Below are positions 1 through 14,194 of a DNA stretch of 64,000 bases, one piece after another. Under the pieces are notes generated by a model that was not told where the DNA came from, made no database searches, and was given only the letters and a program-made list of their open reading frames with translations. Origin of the DNA: Eledone cirrhosa (Eukaryota). Each line of letters begins with the position of its first letter. Position 1 is the stretch's first letter. The position numbers and the translations under genes were made by a program. Location of the stretch: the NCBI GenBank assembly GCA_964016885.1, contig OZ024763.1, forward strand, positions 30,256,001 to 30,320,000, in the 5' to 3' direction.

Positions 1-270
1 AGAGGGAAGTAATAAGACAGCCACCACCACCACCACTACTACTACCACTACCACCACCACTACTACTACCACCACCACCACCACTACTACTGCTTCTATC
101 TAATCTAATGGTGATACCATACTAAGACAACCTACTACTATTCATCTTGGTTCACACCTATATATATATATATATATACATGTATATATACATATATATA
201 TACATACATGTATATATACATATATATATACATAGATATATATATGTGTGTGTACGTGTGTGTGTATGTA

Positions 271-342
<72 letters not shown>

Positions 343-469
343 TGTGTATGTATGTATGTATATATGTGTGTATATATATATATATGCACATATATATATA
401 TACATAGAAATATTTACCCCGGGTTCAATTGAGAGAAACCACAGTAAGTAATGTACTCAATACATATAT

Positions 470-895
470 ATCATCATCATCACCGTTTAACATCTATCTT
501 CCACGCTAGCATGGGTTAGACGGGAGTTGTCCTACGTGAGGCAAGATTGGTCGGGTGACCATGTCTCGCTCATATAGGACTATCTGGCAGGTTTTCTACG
601 GCTGGATGCCCTTCCTAACACCAACCAGGTTTACAGTGTGGAACTGGGAACTTTTTACCGTGTCACCTACACGACCACATTACAGCGTGGACTGTGCATG
701 TGTTTTTTGTTTTTTTTGTCGTGACACCTACACGACCTCATTTATTTAGAACTGGATGTTGTGGTACCAACATAACTTTACAGAGAAAGGGTGGTGTTGG
801 TGGGAGTGCGGGTAGTGGGATTGGGTATATATTTGGTTAAGAGGTGCCTACAAACTGTAGGTTTCGCTTTGTACATAGGCAAGGCGAGTCTTCCA
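470..895 (-). mobile_element. RTE LINE 3' UTR fragment (diverged subfamily)
   Basis: Similar to 1800-2200. Confidence 0.8.
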
Positions 896-1074
896 TATAT
901 ATATATATATTATTTATATAAGTACCAGTAATGCACTGGTATAATTGGTGGCCTTGTGCCAAAAGTAGAAACATATATATAAATAATATATATATATAGT
1001 TAATAAATGAAACAAAATGAAACACAGGAAGCAGAAATATATATTAGGTTCATGCTTGGAGGAACTTGAAGGGG

Positions 1075-1110
1075 TTTCAACGTTTCGGATAGAAGCCCTT
1101 CTTCAGAAAA
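1075..1110 (-). ncRNA. Ultra-minimal hammerhead motif (GAAACGUU type)
   Basis: Minus strand: tttt-CTGAAGA-a-ggg(cttcta)tcc-GAAAC-GTT^gaaa, in a TA-flanked element related to the one at 37311-37447. Confidence 0.5.
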
Positions 1111-1202
1111 TTTCAGATAAGGAGAAAACAGATAGATGAATGAATATATATATCATCATCATCATCATCATCGTTTAACGTCCATCTTCCACGCTTGCAT
1201 TG

Positions 1203-1244
<42 letters not shown>

Positions 1245-1532
1245 TTTGAGCTGACTTTTGGGATGCTCCCATACAGCTCTGCGTTTTTCATCCTCAGTGT
1301 ATACTGAGGTTAGCTGGACATGCTCACCGACATCCAGAGTTGACATTGCACTCAGTACTCCTTTGGGAGCCCCGACATGCACACACTAGAAGAGGAAGAC
1401 CAAGGTTAATGTATGTTGATGCCCTAAGGACAGACACTGGTCTGTTGGAGACGCAGGACATGGCAGCGATAATGAGGGACAGAGACCGCTGGAGAGAACT
1501 CGCCCATGGATCTCGGGAATTTTACCCGCCTT

Positions 1533-1535
<3 letters not shown>
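1245..1535 (+). mobile_element. RTE/RTE-X-like LINE 3' fragment (second family; also 30428-30577 on minus)
   Basis: LAGHAHRHPEL..LLWEP..RRGRPRLMYVD..RDRDRWRE; inverted copy at 30428-30577. Confidence 0.75.
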
Positions 1536-1566
<31 letters not shown>

Positions 1567-1789
1567 TGTGTGATTATATTATATATTTTGAAGAAATGCC
1601 AGGAAATCCCAGTGGAAGGAAGCCACAATAGAGGATGACCAAGAAAGACCTGGGCAGAGGTTGTGAGAGCTGACCTCGAATCACTAAGACTGGCAGAGGA
1701 TATGATGAAGGAACGCGACAAGTGGAGAGATGCCTTCCTGAGAAGGACCCATGCAAAAAAGATGATGATGATATAAATAATATATATCA

Positions 1790-3545
1790 TCATCATCATC
1801 ATCATCATCACCGTTTAACGTCCGTGTTCCACGCTTGCATGGGTTTGGACGGGGGTAGTCCCACTTGAGGCAAGAGTGATTGTCTTGCTCGCATAGGACT
1901 GTCTGGCAGGTTTTCTACAGTTGGATGCCCTGCCTAACACCAACCACATTTACAGTGTGGGTCTGGGAGGTTTTTACCGTGTTGCCTACACGGCCACATT
2001 ACAGCGTGGACTGTGTGTTTTTTTGTCGTGACACATACACGATCTCATTTGTTTCGGCCTGGATGGTGTGGCACCAACACAACTTTACATAGAACGGGGT
2101 GGCGTGGATGGGTTGGGGGTGGTGGGACGGGGGGGGGGGGTATTTTGTTAGATGCCTACTGGCTGTAGTAGGTTTTACTATGTATTTAGGTAAGGCGGGT
2201 CTTCTCTGTTACTGAGTACCGCCAAAGGTCTCGGTCCAGTGACATTGTCTTGGAGAGGTGTAAGTGTGTGAGGTCGGAGTTTATCAGCTCGTCCCAGGTT
2301 TTTCTAGGTCTGCCTATTCCGTGGCTACCGTCTATCTTTATTGCCCTGCACTTTGTTATACAGCTATCGACTTTCATGCGCATCACGTGTCCATACCAAC
2401 GTAGCCTTCTCTCGAGTAAACAACATCTGATCCCTCTTATTTCTAATTTTTTCCTTAGTTCGTTTATGCTTTGCCGTTCACGTATATTACTGTTATACAT
2501 CCAGCGGAGCATGCAAGCTTCGTTTCTCTCTAGTCTGCGTATATCCTCTGCACACAATGCCCAGGTCTCACTGCCATGCAACATTGCTGTTCGTATGCAG
2601 GGATCGTACAACCTGCCTTTCATTTTTAGGGAGAACCCTTTAGCAGCTAATAGCGGTATAAGCTCTCTGAACTTTTTCCAACCAGTTCTGACTCTAGCTA
2701 CTGTACTTTCAGAGCACCCTCCCCCACTGCTGATTTTATCACCCAGGTAACGGAAACTGTCCACTATTTCTATAGAACCCTCTGCGCAATTGAAAGAGCT
2801 AGTATTTTGTGGGCACTTGCTGCTACTTATTGCACCAGAGCACCGGTCACATGTAAAATCTATGTTCTTAGTTAGCTTACCTGTGATCCCACTACATCTT
2901 TTATGCACCCATACTTTGCATTTAGGACATAAAATGGAGTTTCTACCTACGCCTTTCCTACACACCGAGCACGACCATTACCCAGAAGGGACCGCCGCCT
3001 TATTTTCTTTCCTACAAACTAGAACTTTAGTCTTAGCCAGGTTAATTTTAAGGCCTTTTGATTCTAGGCCGTGCTTCCATGTTTGGAATTTCTTCTCTAG
3101 CTCGGCCGTTGATTCCGCTATGAGTGTCAGGTCGTCTGCGTATAGGAGCTCCCATGGGCAGCCGGTCTTGAACTCCTCTGTTTTAGCCTGAAGGGCAATA
3201 ATAAATAATAGGGGGCGGAGAACAGAGCCCTGATGGACGCCAACTTTTACGCTAAACTCTTCACTATATTCGTTGTTAATTCTAACCTTGCTGACTGTTT
3301 CTTTATACATGGCTTGTATAGCTCTCACAAGCCATTCGTCAACGCCTAGTTTTCTAAGAGCCCACCAGATAATGGAGCGGGGGACTCTGTCGAAGGCTTT
3401 CTCCAAGTCGACAAAAGCTAAGTAGAGGGGTTTACCTTTAGCTAGGTACTTCTCCTGTAGTTGTACAATGAAAAGAGCGTCTGTGGTACTTTTGCCTGAC
3501 ACAAACCCGAACTGCATTTCATCTAGGTCGATTCTCTCTCTGTAT
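1790..3545 (-). mobile_element. 5'-truncated RTE-clade LINE (RT + C-terminal region + 3' UTR)
   Basis: ORFs 2978-3517 and 2186-2965: QFGF..GKSTTDA, FVDLEKAFDRVPR, GVHQGS, LLYADD, RRLRWYGHVMR, GRPRKTW. Stop and frameshift near 2970; (ATG)n tail. Confidence 0.93.
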
Positions 3546-3576
3546 ATATATGTATATATATATATATGTATATTTA

Positions 3577-3840
3577 CTCAGCTGTAGAAATGAGATGATA
3601 GGACTGGGTTCCCTATCATTCCACTACAAAGTGGTCGTTGAGGTACCACGGCAAAAAAAAAAGCACCCAGCCCACATTGTAAAGTGGGCGTGTAGTCGCC
3701 ACGGAAAAAAAGCACCCAGCACTCACTGTAAATGAGGTTGGTGTTAGGAAGGGCATCCAGTTGTAGAAATCAAGCCAGAATCAGTTCCCGTACCACCCTT
3801 GCAAGCAGGGAAAAGCGGACGTAAAATGAAATGATGATGA
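3577..3840 (+). mobile_element. SINE family A, 5' truncated
   Basis: Body and tail only. Confidence 0.85.
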
Positions 3841-3879
3841 ATGATTATATATGTATATATATATATATATATATCATTT

Positions 3880-4216
3880 CATCATCATCATTTCATTTTA
3901 CGTCCGCTTTTTCCCTGCTTGCAAGGGTGGGACGGGAACTGATTCTAGCTTGATTTCTACAGCTGGATGCCCTTCCTAACACCAACCTCATTTACAGTGA
4001 GTGCTGGGTGCTTTTATGCCGTGGCACCTCCACGACCACTTTGCAGTGGAATGATAGGGACCCCAGTCCCTATCATCTCATTTCTACAGCTGAGTAAACT
4101 GGAGCAATGTGAAATAAAGTGTCTTGCTCAAGGAAACAACACATCACCCGGTCTGAGAATTGAACTCACAACCTTTCGATTGCAAGGCCAATGCTCTAAC
4201 CAAGCCATGTGCCTCC
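3880..4216 (-). mobile_element. SINE family A
   Basis: Reverse complement of 31511-31853. Confidence 0.9.
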
Positions 4217-4271
4217 ATTTTATATATATATATAATATAAGATCGAAAGATGGTTAAAAGAGTTCCAAGTA

Positions 4272-4338
4272 TTTTATTATGCGCATTTCAAAAACAAATA
4301 TCATCATGGGATGATATTTGCTTTTTCATCAGATAAAT
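4272..4338 (-). ncRNA. Minimal type I hammerhead ribozyme
   Basis: Minus strand: tttat-CTGATGA-aaaagcaaatatcatc(ccat)gatgatatttgttttt-GAAA-TGCGCA-TA^ataaa. 16-bp stem II, palindromic stem III, AUA site between 4278 and 4277. Confidence 0.8.
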
Positions 4339-4456
4339 TAGGGATACATATGAAGCTTAAAAAATACTTGTGAAGAGTGAAGTTTTATTGTGCTACAATA
4401 AAACTCACCTCCTATATATAGATATACACATATACATATATACATATATATATATA

Positions 4457-4512
<56 letters not shown>

Positions 4513-4762
4513 TGTAAAAAGTAAATAGAAATAACAAAGCAAACGACACAGTACAATAAAGAAATATATTAGTTTAACGCTTGATGTAGTAGGAAAAGAG
4601 TATTAACGTTTTGGACACTGGTCCTTCTTCAGAAGACAGAGTGAGAAATAAAGGATGAAATAGAAGGATAGAGTGGGCAAAGGAAGAAATGGAAAACAAG
4701 AAACTGAGAAGAAAAAACGTGTGTATTTAGTCATATATACATTATATACACATGTATGTATG

Positions 4763-5370
4763 TCAGGTCACCAGTTGGTGCTACTGGTAACATGTATCCC
4801 AGTACAACCTGTCTCATGGTCGGGTCGTTGGCGACTAAACTGGCAACCCCACCAAGGTTTCTTGGTGAGGAGGGTGACTTTGGACATCCTGCAGGACAAA
4901 ATAAAAAAACCTGTCAAAGGCCAAAGGAGCTCTTAAGATTCAATGGCCATCCAAAATCACCAGGAGAGATGACCCCTTAGCTTTTGTCAAGGCAGAATTC
5001 TAGGAGAAGGAAAACTCTGATATAACACCTGCAACCCTGATGGTATCCAATGATGTTGACTTGTTCTTCTTTTTGGTAAATATCATCTTGGTTAAGAGAG
5101 TGGGACTGGCTTTGTGCAGTGCCTTTGCTGACTATAAAAGCTTCACGGCACAGGCATTGCTTTATATCTGGAGATCTCTCTGCACTTGTCGTCACATGGT
5201 ACCATGGGCCCAGCACTATGTTTCAATAATTGTCACAAGTGTAGTGTTTGTACCAGAGTTTTCAAGTCGCTGGCTGGACTAAAACGTCACACTCGTTCAG
5301 CGCATCGGTAGGGGTTCTCTTACATGGATATAAAGTAGTGGCCGTACTCGAAAACGAGTTGGCAGCCACC

Positions 5371-5371
<1 letters not shown>
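4763..5371 (+). mobile_element. Internally deleted RTE-like element (5' UTR joined to C-terminal zinc finger and 3' end)
   Basis: RTE 5' UTR-like ctaggagaaggaaaactctga at ~5000; C-terminal CSVCTRVFKSLAGLKRHTRSAH* at ~5240-5311; short 3' hairpin followed by (TA)n. Confidence 0.55.
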
Positions 5372-5403
<32 letters not shown>

Positions 5404-5565
5404 TATATATATATCATAATATAATTATCATCATTTAAGATTCATTCTCCCTGGTGGGAAGAGTTAGACTAAATATAAATATAAATATACTTTGGTGCGT
5501 TATGGTCAATCTGGTTCCTTACCACATTTCCTTCGTTATATATATATCTACACACATACACATAC

Positions 5566-5649
<84 letters not shown>

Positions 5650-5660
5650 ACATATATATA

Positions 5661-6180
5661 AGACCCGCCTTACCTAAATACAAAGTAAAAACCTACTACA
5701 GTCAGTAGGCATCTCTATCAAAACACACCCCCGTCCCACCACCTCCACCCCATCCACACCGCCCCTTTCAATGTAAAGTTATGTTGGTCCCACAACATCC
5801 AGGCCGAAACAAATGAGATCGTGTAGGTGTCACGACAAAAAAACACACAGTCCACGCTGTAAATGTGGCCGTGTAGGCAACACGGTAAAAACCTCCCAGC
5901 CCCACACTGTAAATGTGGTTGGTGTTAGGAAGGGCATCCAGCTGTAGAAAACCTGCCAGACAGTCCACGCTGTAATGTGGCCATGTAGGCAACACGGTAA
6001 AAACCTCCCAGCCCCACACTGTAAATGTGGTTGGTGTTAGGAAGGGCATCCAACTGTAGAAAACCCGCCAGACAGTCCTATGCGAGCAAGACAACCACTC
6101 TTGCCTCAAGTGGGAAAACCCCCGTCCAAACCCATGCAAGCGTGGAACACGGACGCTAAACCTGATGATGATGATGATGA
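5661..6180 (+). mobile_element. RTE LINE 3' end with internal duplication
   Basis: Reverse complement of 1800-2200; a ~115-bp segment is duplicated (about 5849-5962 and 5962-6075). Confidence 0.85.
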
Positions 6181-6554
6181 TATATATATATACTTATATA
6201 ACATCATCATCATTTTACATCCATTCTCCCTGCTGGGAAGAGTTGGACTATATATATGTATATACATATATACACACATACATACATATATCAACACACA
6301 CACACACATATATTTATATTAACACACACATACACACACAGGAAGTGTATTTGGCAGAGATGTTACAGTACACCTTATGACTAACTTAACTCTACAACAA
6401 ACAATTAAAATATTTGAAATATCAAGAATTATTTGTTGTTATTCAGATTTTTATATTTTTCAGACTGTTGAACTTTTCAATACCGAGATATCCAAAACAG
6501 CCCCAGATTCAATAATACTGAGCTATCAAAAACTGACACAAGTACTATGTTACC

Positions 6555-7080
6555 CAGCTGTTAAAACCCACCACTGGTTTAATGTTAACAAGCTGTTAAA
6601 ACCCACCACTGGTTTTATGTTAACAAGCTGTTAAAACCTACCACTGGTTTTATGTTAACAAGCTGTTAAAACATACCACTGGTTTTATGTTAACAAGCTG
6701 TTAAAACCTACCACTAGTTTTATGTTAACAAGCTGTTAAAACCCACCACTGGTTTTATGTTAACCAACTGTTAAAACAAACCACTGGGTTTATGTTAACA
6801 AGGATTTAAAAACTGCCATTGGTTCTGTTAACAAGCTGTTAAAACCCTGACTAGTTCTATGTTAACAAGTTGTCAAAAACCACCTCTAGTTCTATGTTAA
6901 CAAGCTGTCAAAAACCGCCCCAGTTTCTGTAAGGCCAAGCCATTGAAAACTGCCAGTTTCTGTAGTCAAGCCGTTGAAAACCACTCTCAGTTCTGTAATA
7001 CCAAGCCATTGTAAACTGCCCCACATCCTAATACTGTAATACTAAATCACTGAAAACCACCCTGGGTCTTATTATACTAG
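6555..7080. repeat. 35-bp minisatellite, degenerating to the right
   Basis: aagctgttaaaacccaccactggttttatgttaac. Confidence 0.9.
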
Positions 7081-7272
7081 GATGTTTATCGTAACTCTGA
7101 ACATCCTGTTATGATTTACTAAAGAGTACCCAATTCAAATGCTTATAGTATCTTTACTAATGTACAGATTGTTCTATACATTTGTAGTATTAAAGTAAAA
7201 ACTACAATTTCTAATGTGATGAAGTCACAGTGTTGTTTTATACTTTTTTTAAATGTCCTGCTAATATCGTTT

Positions 7273-8850
7273 GTTCTTCATCTCTTCTTCTTCATTCACT
7301 TAATCCTGAGAGGATCATGGGGAAAGATCCTCAAACACTCCTTCAAGCGGGTCCTTTCAGAATGTCAGAAGCAACCGTCTCCAACTGTTCCAGCTGGATC
7401 CCCAAGCGAGACCAGCAAAGCTCATGGGCGTTATCCAACCATCTTGCTCAGGGTCTACACCTGGGTCTCCTGCTGCCTGTAAAATCTGTCCAAGGATTCC
7501 TTCCTGAGACATTCTAACCACATGTCCATAGTATCAGAGCTGTGATCTCTCAATTCAGAGAAGTAGCAGCTCTACCTGGAGTGACTCTCTGATCTCTGAG
7601 CTACAAATCTGTCCAGCGATTCTTTCCTGAGACATTCTAACCACATATCCATAGTATCAGAGCTGTGATCTCTCAATTCAGAGATGTAGCAGCTCTACCT
7701 GGAGTGAATCTCTGATCTCTGAGCTACAAATCTGTCCAGCGATTCTTTCCTGAGACATTCTAACCACATGTCTATAGTATCAGAGCTGTGATCTCTCAAT
7801 TAGGAGAAGTAGCAGCTCTACCTGGAGTGACTCTCTGATCTCTGAGCTACAAATATGTCCAGTGATTCTTTCCTGAGACATTCTAACCACATGTCTATAG
7901 TATCAGAGCTGTGATCTCTCAATTAGGAGAAGTAGCAGTTCTACCTGGAGTGACTCTCTGATCTCTGAGCTACAAATCTGTCCAGCGATTCTTTCCTGAG
8001 ACATTCTAACCACAGTCCATAGTATCAGAGCTGTGATCTCTCAATTCAGAGATGTAGCAGCTCTACCTGGAGTGACTCTCTGATCTCTGAGCTACAAATC
8101 TGTCCAGTGATTCTTTCCTGAGACATTCTAACCACTGTCCATAGTATCAGAGCTGTGATCTCTCAATTCAGAGAAGTAGCAGCTCTACCTGGAGTGACTC
8201 TCTGATCTCTGAGCTACAAATCTGTCCAGCGATTCTTTCCTGAGACATTCTAACCACAGTCCATAGTATCAGAGCTGTGATCTCTCAATTCAGAGATGTA
8301 GCAGCTCTACCTGGAGTGACTCTCTGATCTCTGAGCTACAAATCTGTCCAGTGATTCTTTCCTGAGACATTCTAACCACATGTCTATAGTATCAGAGCTG
8401 TGATCTCTCAATTAGGAGAAGTAGCAGCTCTACCTGGAGTGACTCTCTGATCTCTGAGCTACAAATATGTCCAGTGATTCTTTCCTGAGACATTCTAACC
8501 ACATGTCTATAGTATCAGAGCTGTGATCTCTCAATTAGGAGAAGTAGCAGCTCTACCTGGAGTGACTCTCTGATCTCTGAGCTACAAATCTCTCCAGTGA
8601 TTGTTTCCTGAGACATTCTAACCACATGTCTATAGTATCAGAGCTGTGATCTCTCACTACAGAGAAGTAGCAGCTCTACCTGGAGTGACTCTCTGATCTC
8701 CAAGCTACAAATCTGTCCAGCGATTCTTTCCTGAGACATTCTAACCACATGTCTATAGTATCGGAGCTGTGATCTCTTACTTCAGAGATGTAGTGGCTCT
8801 ACCTGGAGTGACTCTCAGATCTCCAAGCTACACACCCTGTCGAGTGGTTT
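7273..8850 (-). mobile_element. Decayed Expander/Rex3-like RTE LINE 3' end with an internally amplified segment
   Basis: Minus translation ..IRESLQVELLLL*IERSQL*YYGHVVRMSQER..RRPRCRP*ARWLD..WSRLGIQLEQLETVA; (GAA)n-like tail near 7280. Confidence 0.75.
7481..8832. repeat. 123-bp tandem repeat, ~11 copies
   Basis: ttcctgagacattctaacc recurs at 7501, 7624, 7747, 7870, 7993, 8115, 8237, 8359, 8482, 8605, 8728. Confidence 0.95.
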
Positions 8851-9328
8851 GTTAATTGCATTTTCAGTACTGTCTTAACTAGTAGACAGAGATAGTTGTG
8901 AAAATATGCAGTATTAAAGTAAAAACTTCAATTTTTAATGTGATGCAGTCATAGTACTGTTTTATACTTATTAAGAATTGGTTTGTTAATTCAAATGTTT
9001 ATAGTATCTTTACTAGTGGACAGATTGTTGTGGAAATTTGCCAATATTAGAGTAAAGACTTTACTCTTTACTGTGACGCAGTCATAGTACAGATCACCAG
9101 CTAACTAACTAACCAACCAATCAGCCAGCCAGCCAAGCAGGAGGCAAACATCCATACAATCAACAAACCATCCAACCAACAAACCAACCAAGCAACCAAC
9201 CAGCGGTATGTGTCGTCATGGAAACCGATTTTCTTGTGTTAGGTCTAAAACTGTCTTCTGGGCCCAATTAACTGTCCACGGGACATGAAGCTTGTCATGA
9301 TGAATTGATACAAACAGAGAATTTATAG

Positions 9329-9399
<71 letters not shown>

Positions 9400-9484
9400 C
9401 GTGTGCAGATATATAGCGACTTTTAAAAGAGATATATAAGCATATATCCATATAAATGTGTGCGTACACATACACATACACAGA

Positions 9485-9557
<73 letters not shown>

Positions 9558-9632
9558 GCGTGTATGTATGTACATATATAAGCATACATGCATATATATA
9601 TATATATATATTTATGTATCTCTCTCTCTCTC

Positions 9633-9666
<34 letters not shown>

Positions 9667-9733
9667 GAGAGAGAGAGAGATACATACACACACATATATA
9701 CATACAAACATATATATATATATACATACAAAC

Positions 9734-9768
<35 letters not shown>

Positions 9769-9893
9769 TACACAAATATATGTCTATAGACGCAGTAGAT
9801 TAAATAACCGGCTCCAGATCGGGACTCAGGCACCATTTCAAGGTTTTGTATTCCACCCTGAGGTATGAGTGTACTTATAATATTTATGTGTGG

Positions 9894-9929
<36 letters not shown>

Positions 9930-10025
9930 TACAGTATATATATATAAAGCGATATTTATGTATATATATATATATATATATATACTGTATATATATATAG
10001 TGTATATATATAGTGTATATACAGA

Positions 10026-10075
<50 letters not shown>

Positions 10076-10368
10076 TGTATATATATATATAGTGTATATA
10101 CATATGTCCAGAAATAGCTGTCAAAATGGCTTGAGCTCTGCCATCGGGGTCATACTTTTTCCTATTTCCCACTCTACTACCCTAAGTATTGAGTACTCTG
10201 GTGTGTTATGGTCCATCTGGTTCCTTACCATAATTCCTTTGTTATACTGTAGTATATATATACTACAGTAGTATAGATATACTACAGTATATATATATAT
10301 ATACTGTAGTATATCTATATATACTACTGTATATATATATATATATACTACAGTATATATATATATAT

Positions 10369-10410
<42 letters not shown>

Positions 10411-10714
10411 ATATATATATATACTACTGTATATATATATACTACAGTATATATATATATATACATGGATATATATATATATATATACTGTAGTATAGCT
10501 ATATATAATGTAGTATATATATACTACAGTATATATATATATACTACAGTATATATAGCTATACTACAGTATATATATATACTGTAGTATAGCTATATAT
10601 CCATGTTAAGACCAGCCTGTGTGATATATTTGACTATTACAAAATTACAGAAAGGTTTCAGTCTCCAGTTGACTGGAAATATACTGTGATATTGATATTG
10701 GAAATATCTGGCTT

Positions 10715-12205
10715 TTACACACACATACTGGCATACACATACTGACATACAGACACACATACTGACATACATACACATACTGACATACACATGCATACTG
10801 ACATACACATACTGACATACACACATACTGACATACACACACATGCTGACATACACACACACATGCTGACATACACACACATACTGACATACATACACAT
10901 ACTGACATACACACACATACTGACATACACATACTGACATACACACACATACTGACATACACATACTGACATACACATACTGACATACACACATACTGAC
11001 ATACACACACACATGCTGACATACACACACATACTGACATACACATACTGACATACATACACATACTGGCATACACATACTGGCATACACATACTGACAT
11101 ACACACACATACTGACATACACACACACATGCTGACATACACATACTGACATACACACACATACTGGCATACACATACTGGCATACACATACTGACATAC
11201 ACACACATACTGACATACACACACACATGCTGACATACACATACTGACATACATACACATACTGACATACACACACATACTGACATACACATACTGACAT
11301 ACACACACATACTGGCATACACATACTGACATACACACACATACTGGCATACACATACTGGCATACACTTACTGACATACACACATACTGACATACACAC
11401 ACATACTGACATACATACACATGCTGACATACATACACACATACTGACACACACATACTGACATACACATACACATGCTGACATACACACACTGACATAC
11501 ACATACTGACATACACACACATACTGACATACACACACATACTGACATACACACACATACACACACATGCTGACATACACACACATGCTGACACACACAT
11601 ACTGACATACACACACATACTGATATACACACACACACTGACATACACATACTGACATACACACACATACTGACATACACATACTGACATACACACACAT
11701 ACTGACATACACACACATACTGACATACACACACATACTGACATACACATACTGACATACACACACATACTGACATACACATACTGACATACACACACAT
11801 ACTGGCATACATACACATGCTGACATACACATACATGCTGACATACACTTACTGACATACACACATACTGACATACACACACATACTGACATACATACAC
11901 ATGCTGACATACATACACACATACTGACACACACATACTGACATACACACACACATGCTGACATACACACACTGACATACACATACTGACATACACACAC
12001 ATACTGACATACACACACATACACACACATGCTGACATACACACACATGCTGACACACACATACTGACATACACACACATACTGACATACACACACACAT
12101 GCTGACATACACACACATACTGACATACACATACTGACATACACACACATACTGACATACACACACACATGCTGACATACACATGCATACTGACATACAT
12201 ACACA
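10715..12205. repeat. CA-rich minisatellite (actgacatacacacacat variants)
   Basis: Direct reading. Confidence 0.95.
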
Positions 12206-12231
12206 TGTGGATGTTAAACGATGAAGATAAA

Positions 12232-12269
<38 letters not shown>

Positions 12270-12383
12270 CATATAACAGTAATAAAGTAATCAATAAAAT
12301 GATGCAACATTCAGTCATAACGACTTAATTATATTTACATATATATACATATATTATATACAGATATATATATACATATGTGG

Positions 12384-12432
<49 letters not shown>

Positions 12433-12449
12433 TATGTGGATACATATAT

Positions 12450-12508
<59 letters not shown>

Positions 12509-12733
12509 TATGTGGATACATATATTTACATATATATGGACATATATATATATACACACATATGTGGATACATATATTTATATATATATCTACATATATA
12601 TATATATACACACATATGTGGATACATATATTTATATATATATGGACATATATATATATATATACACACATATGTGGATACATATATTTATATATATATG
12701 GGTACATATATGTCTTTATATAAATGAATATGG

Positions 12734-12766
<33 letters not shown>

Positions 12767-12769
12767 AAT

Positions 12770-12800
<31 letters not shown>

Positions 12801-12817
12801 CATACATATGGATATAA

Positions 12818-12870
<53 letters not shown>

Positions 12871-12873
<3 letters not shown>

Positions 12874-13143
12874 TCATCATCATCATCATCATCATTTTAC
12901 GTCCGCTTTTCCCTGCTTGCAAGGGTAGGACGGGAACTGATTCTGGCTTGATTTCTACAGCTGGATGCCCTTCCTAACACCAACCTCATTTACAGTCAGT
13001 GCTGGGTGCTTTTTTGCCGTGGCACCTCCACGACCACTTTGCAGTGGAATGATAGGGACCCCAGTCTCTATCATCTCATTTCTACAGCTGAGGAAACTGG
13101 AGCAATGTGAAATAAAGTCTCTTGCTCAAAGAAACAACACATC
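12871..13143 (-). mobile_element. SINE family A, lacking tRNA head
   Basis: Reverse complement of SINE-A body and tail. Confidence 0.85.
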
Positions 13144-13175
13144 ATATATATATAAATGCATATACGGATGGATGG

Positions 13176-13282
<107 letters not shown>

Positions 13283-14149
13283 CACACATCCTTACACACA
13301 CGCTCACTCACGCACATACAAACACACTCCAGAAGTCCACTGATTGGTTTAGCTGCTCCAGTGGTCACCTCCAACCAACAATGCTATTGGTTACGAAACA
13401 TTACATAATGTAGAGGAAATAATAGAATTTAAGATAAAATAGACATTTTAACACCTGTGTTAATAGCAGGGAGGGGATGAAAAGGTGGATGTCACCCCCC
13501 CCCCCCCCCCCCCCCCCCCCCCAGGGAGAGATACATTTAGATATACCTTTAAATATGGGGGAAAGGAAAGAGGAAGAGAGAGACTGTGGAGGTGTGGGAG
13601 AGGGTGTGAATGTGTTTGTTTGGGTGAGAGAGAGAGAGAGTGTGTGTGTTTGGGTGTGAGAGAGAGAGTGTGTGTATGTGTGTTTGGGTGTGAGAGAGAG
13701 TGTGTGTGTGTGTGTGTTTGGGTGTGAGAGAGTGTGTGTGTGTTTGGGTGTGAGAGAGAGTGTGCGCGTGTGTGTGTGTGTTTGGGTGAGCGAGAGTGTG
13801 TGTGTGTGTGTTTGGGTGTGAGAGAGAGTGTGTGTGTGTGTGGGTGTGAGAGAGAGTGTGTGCGTGTGTGGGTGTGAGAGAGAGTGTGTGCGTGTGTGTG
13901 TGTTTGGGTGTGAGAGAGTGTGTCCGTGTGTGTGTTAGTTTGGGTGTGATAGAGGGTGTGTGGGTGTGAGAGAGAGAGTCTGTGTGTGGGGGGGAGCGAG
14001 AGAGTGTGTGTGTGTGTTTGGGTGTGAGAGAGAGTGTGTGTGTGTGTGTGTTTGGGTGTGAGAGTGTGTGCGTGTGTGTGTGAGTTTGGGTGTGAGAGAG
14101 AGTGTGTGGGTGTGAGAGAGAGTGTGTGTGTGTGTGTGAGAGCGAGTGA

Positions 14150-14194
<45 letters not shown>

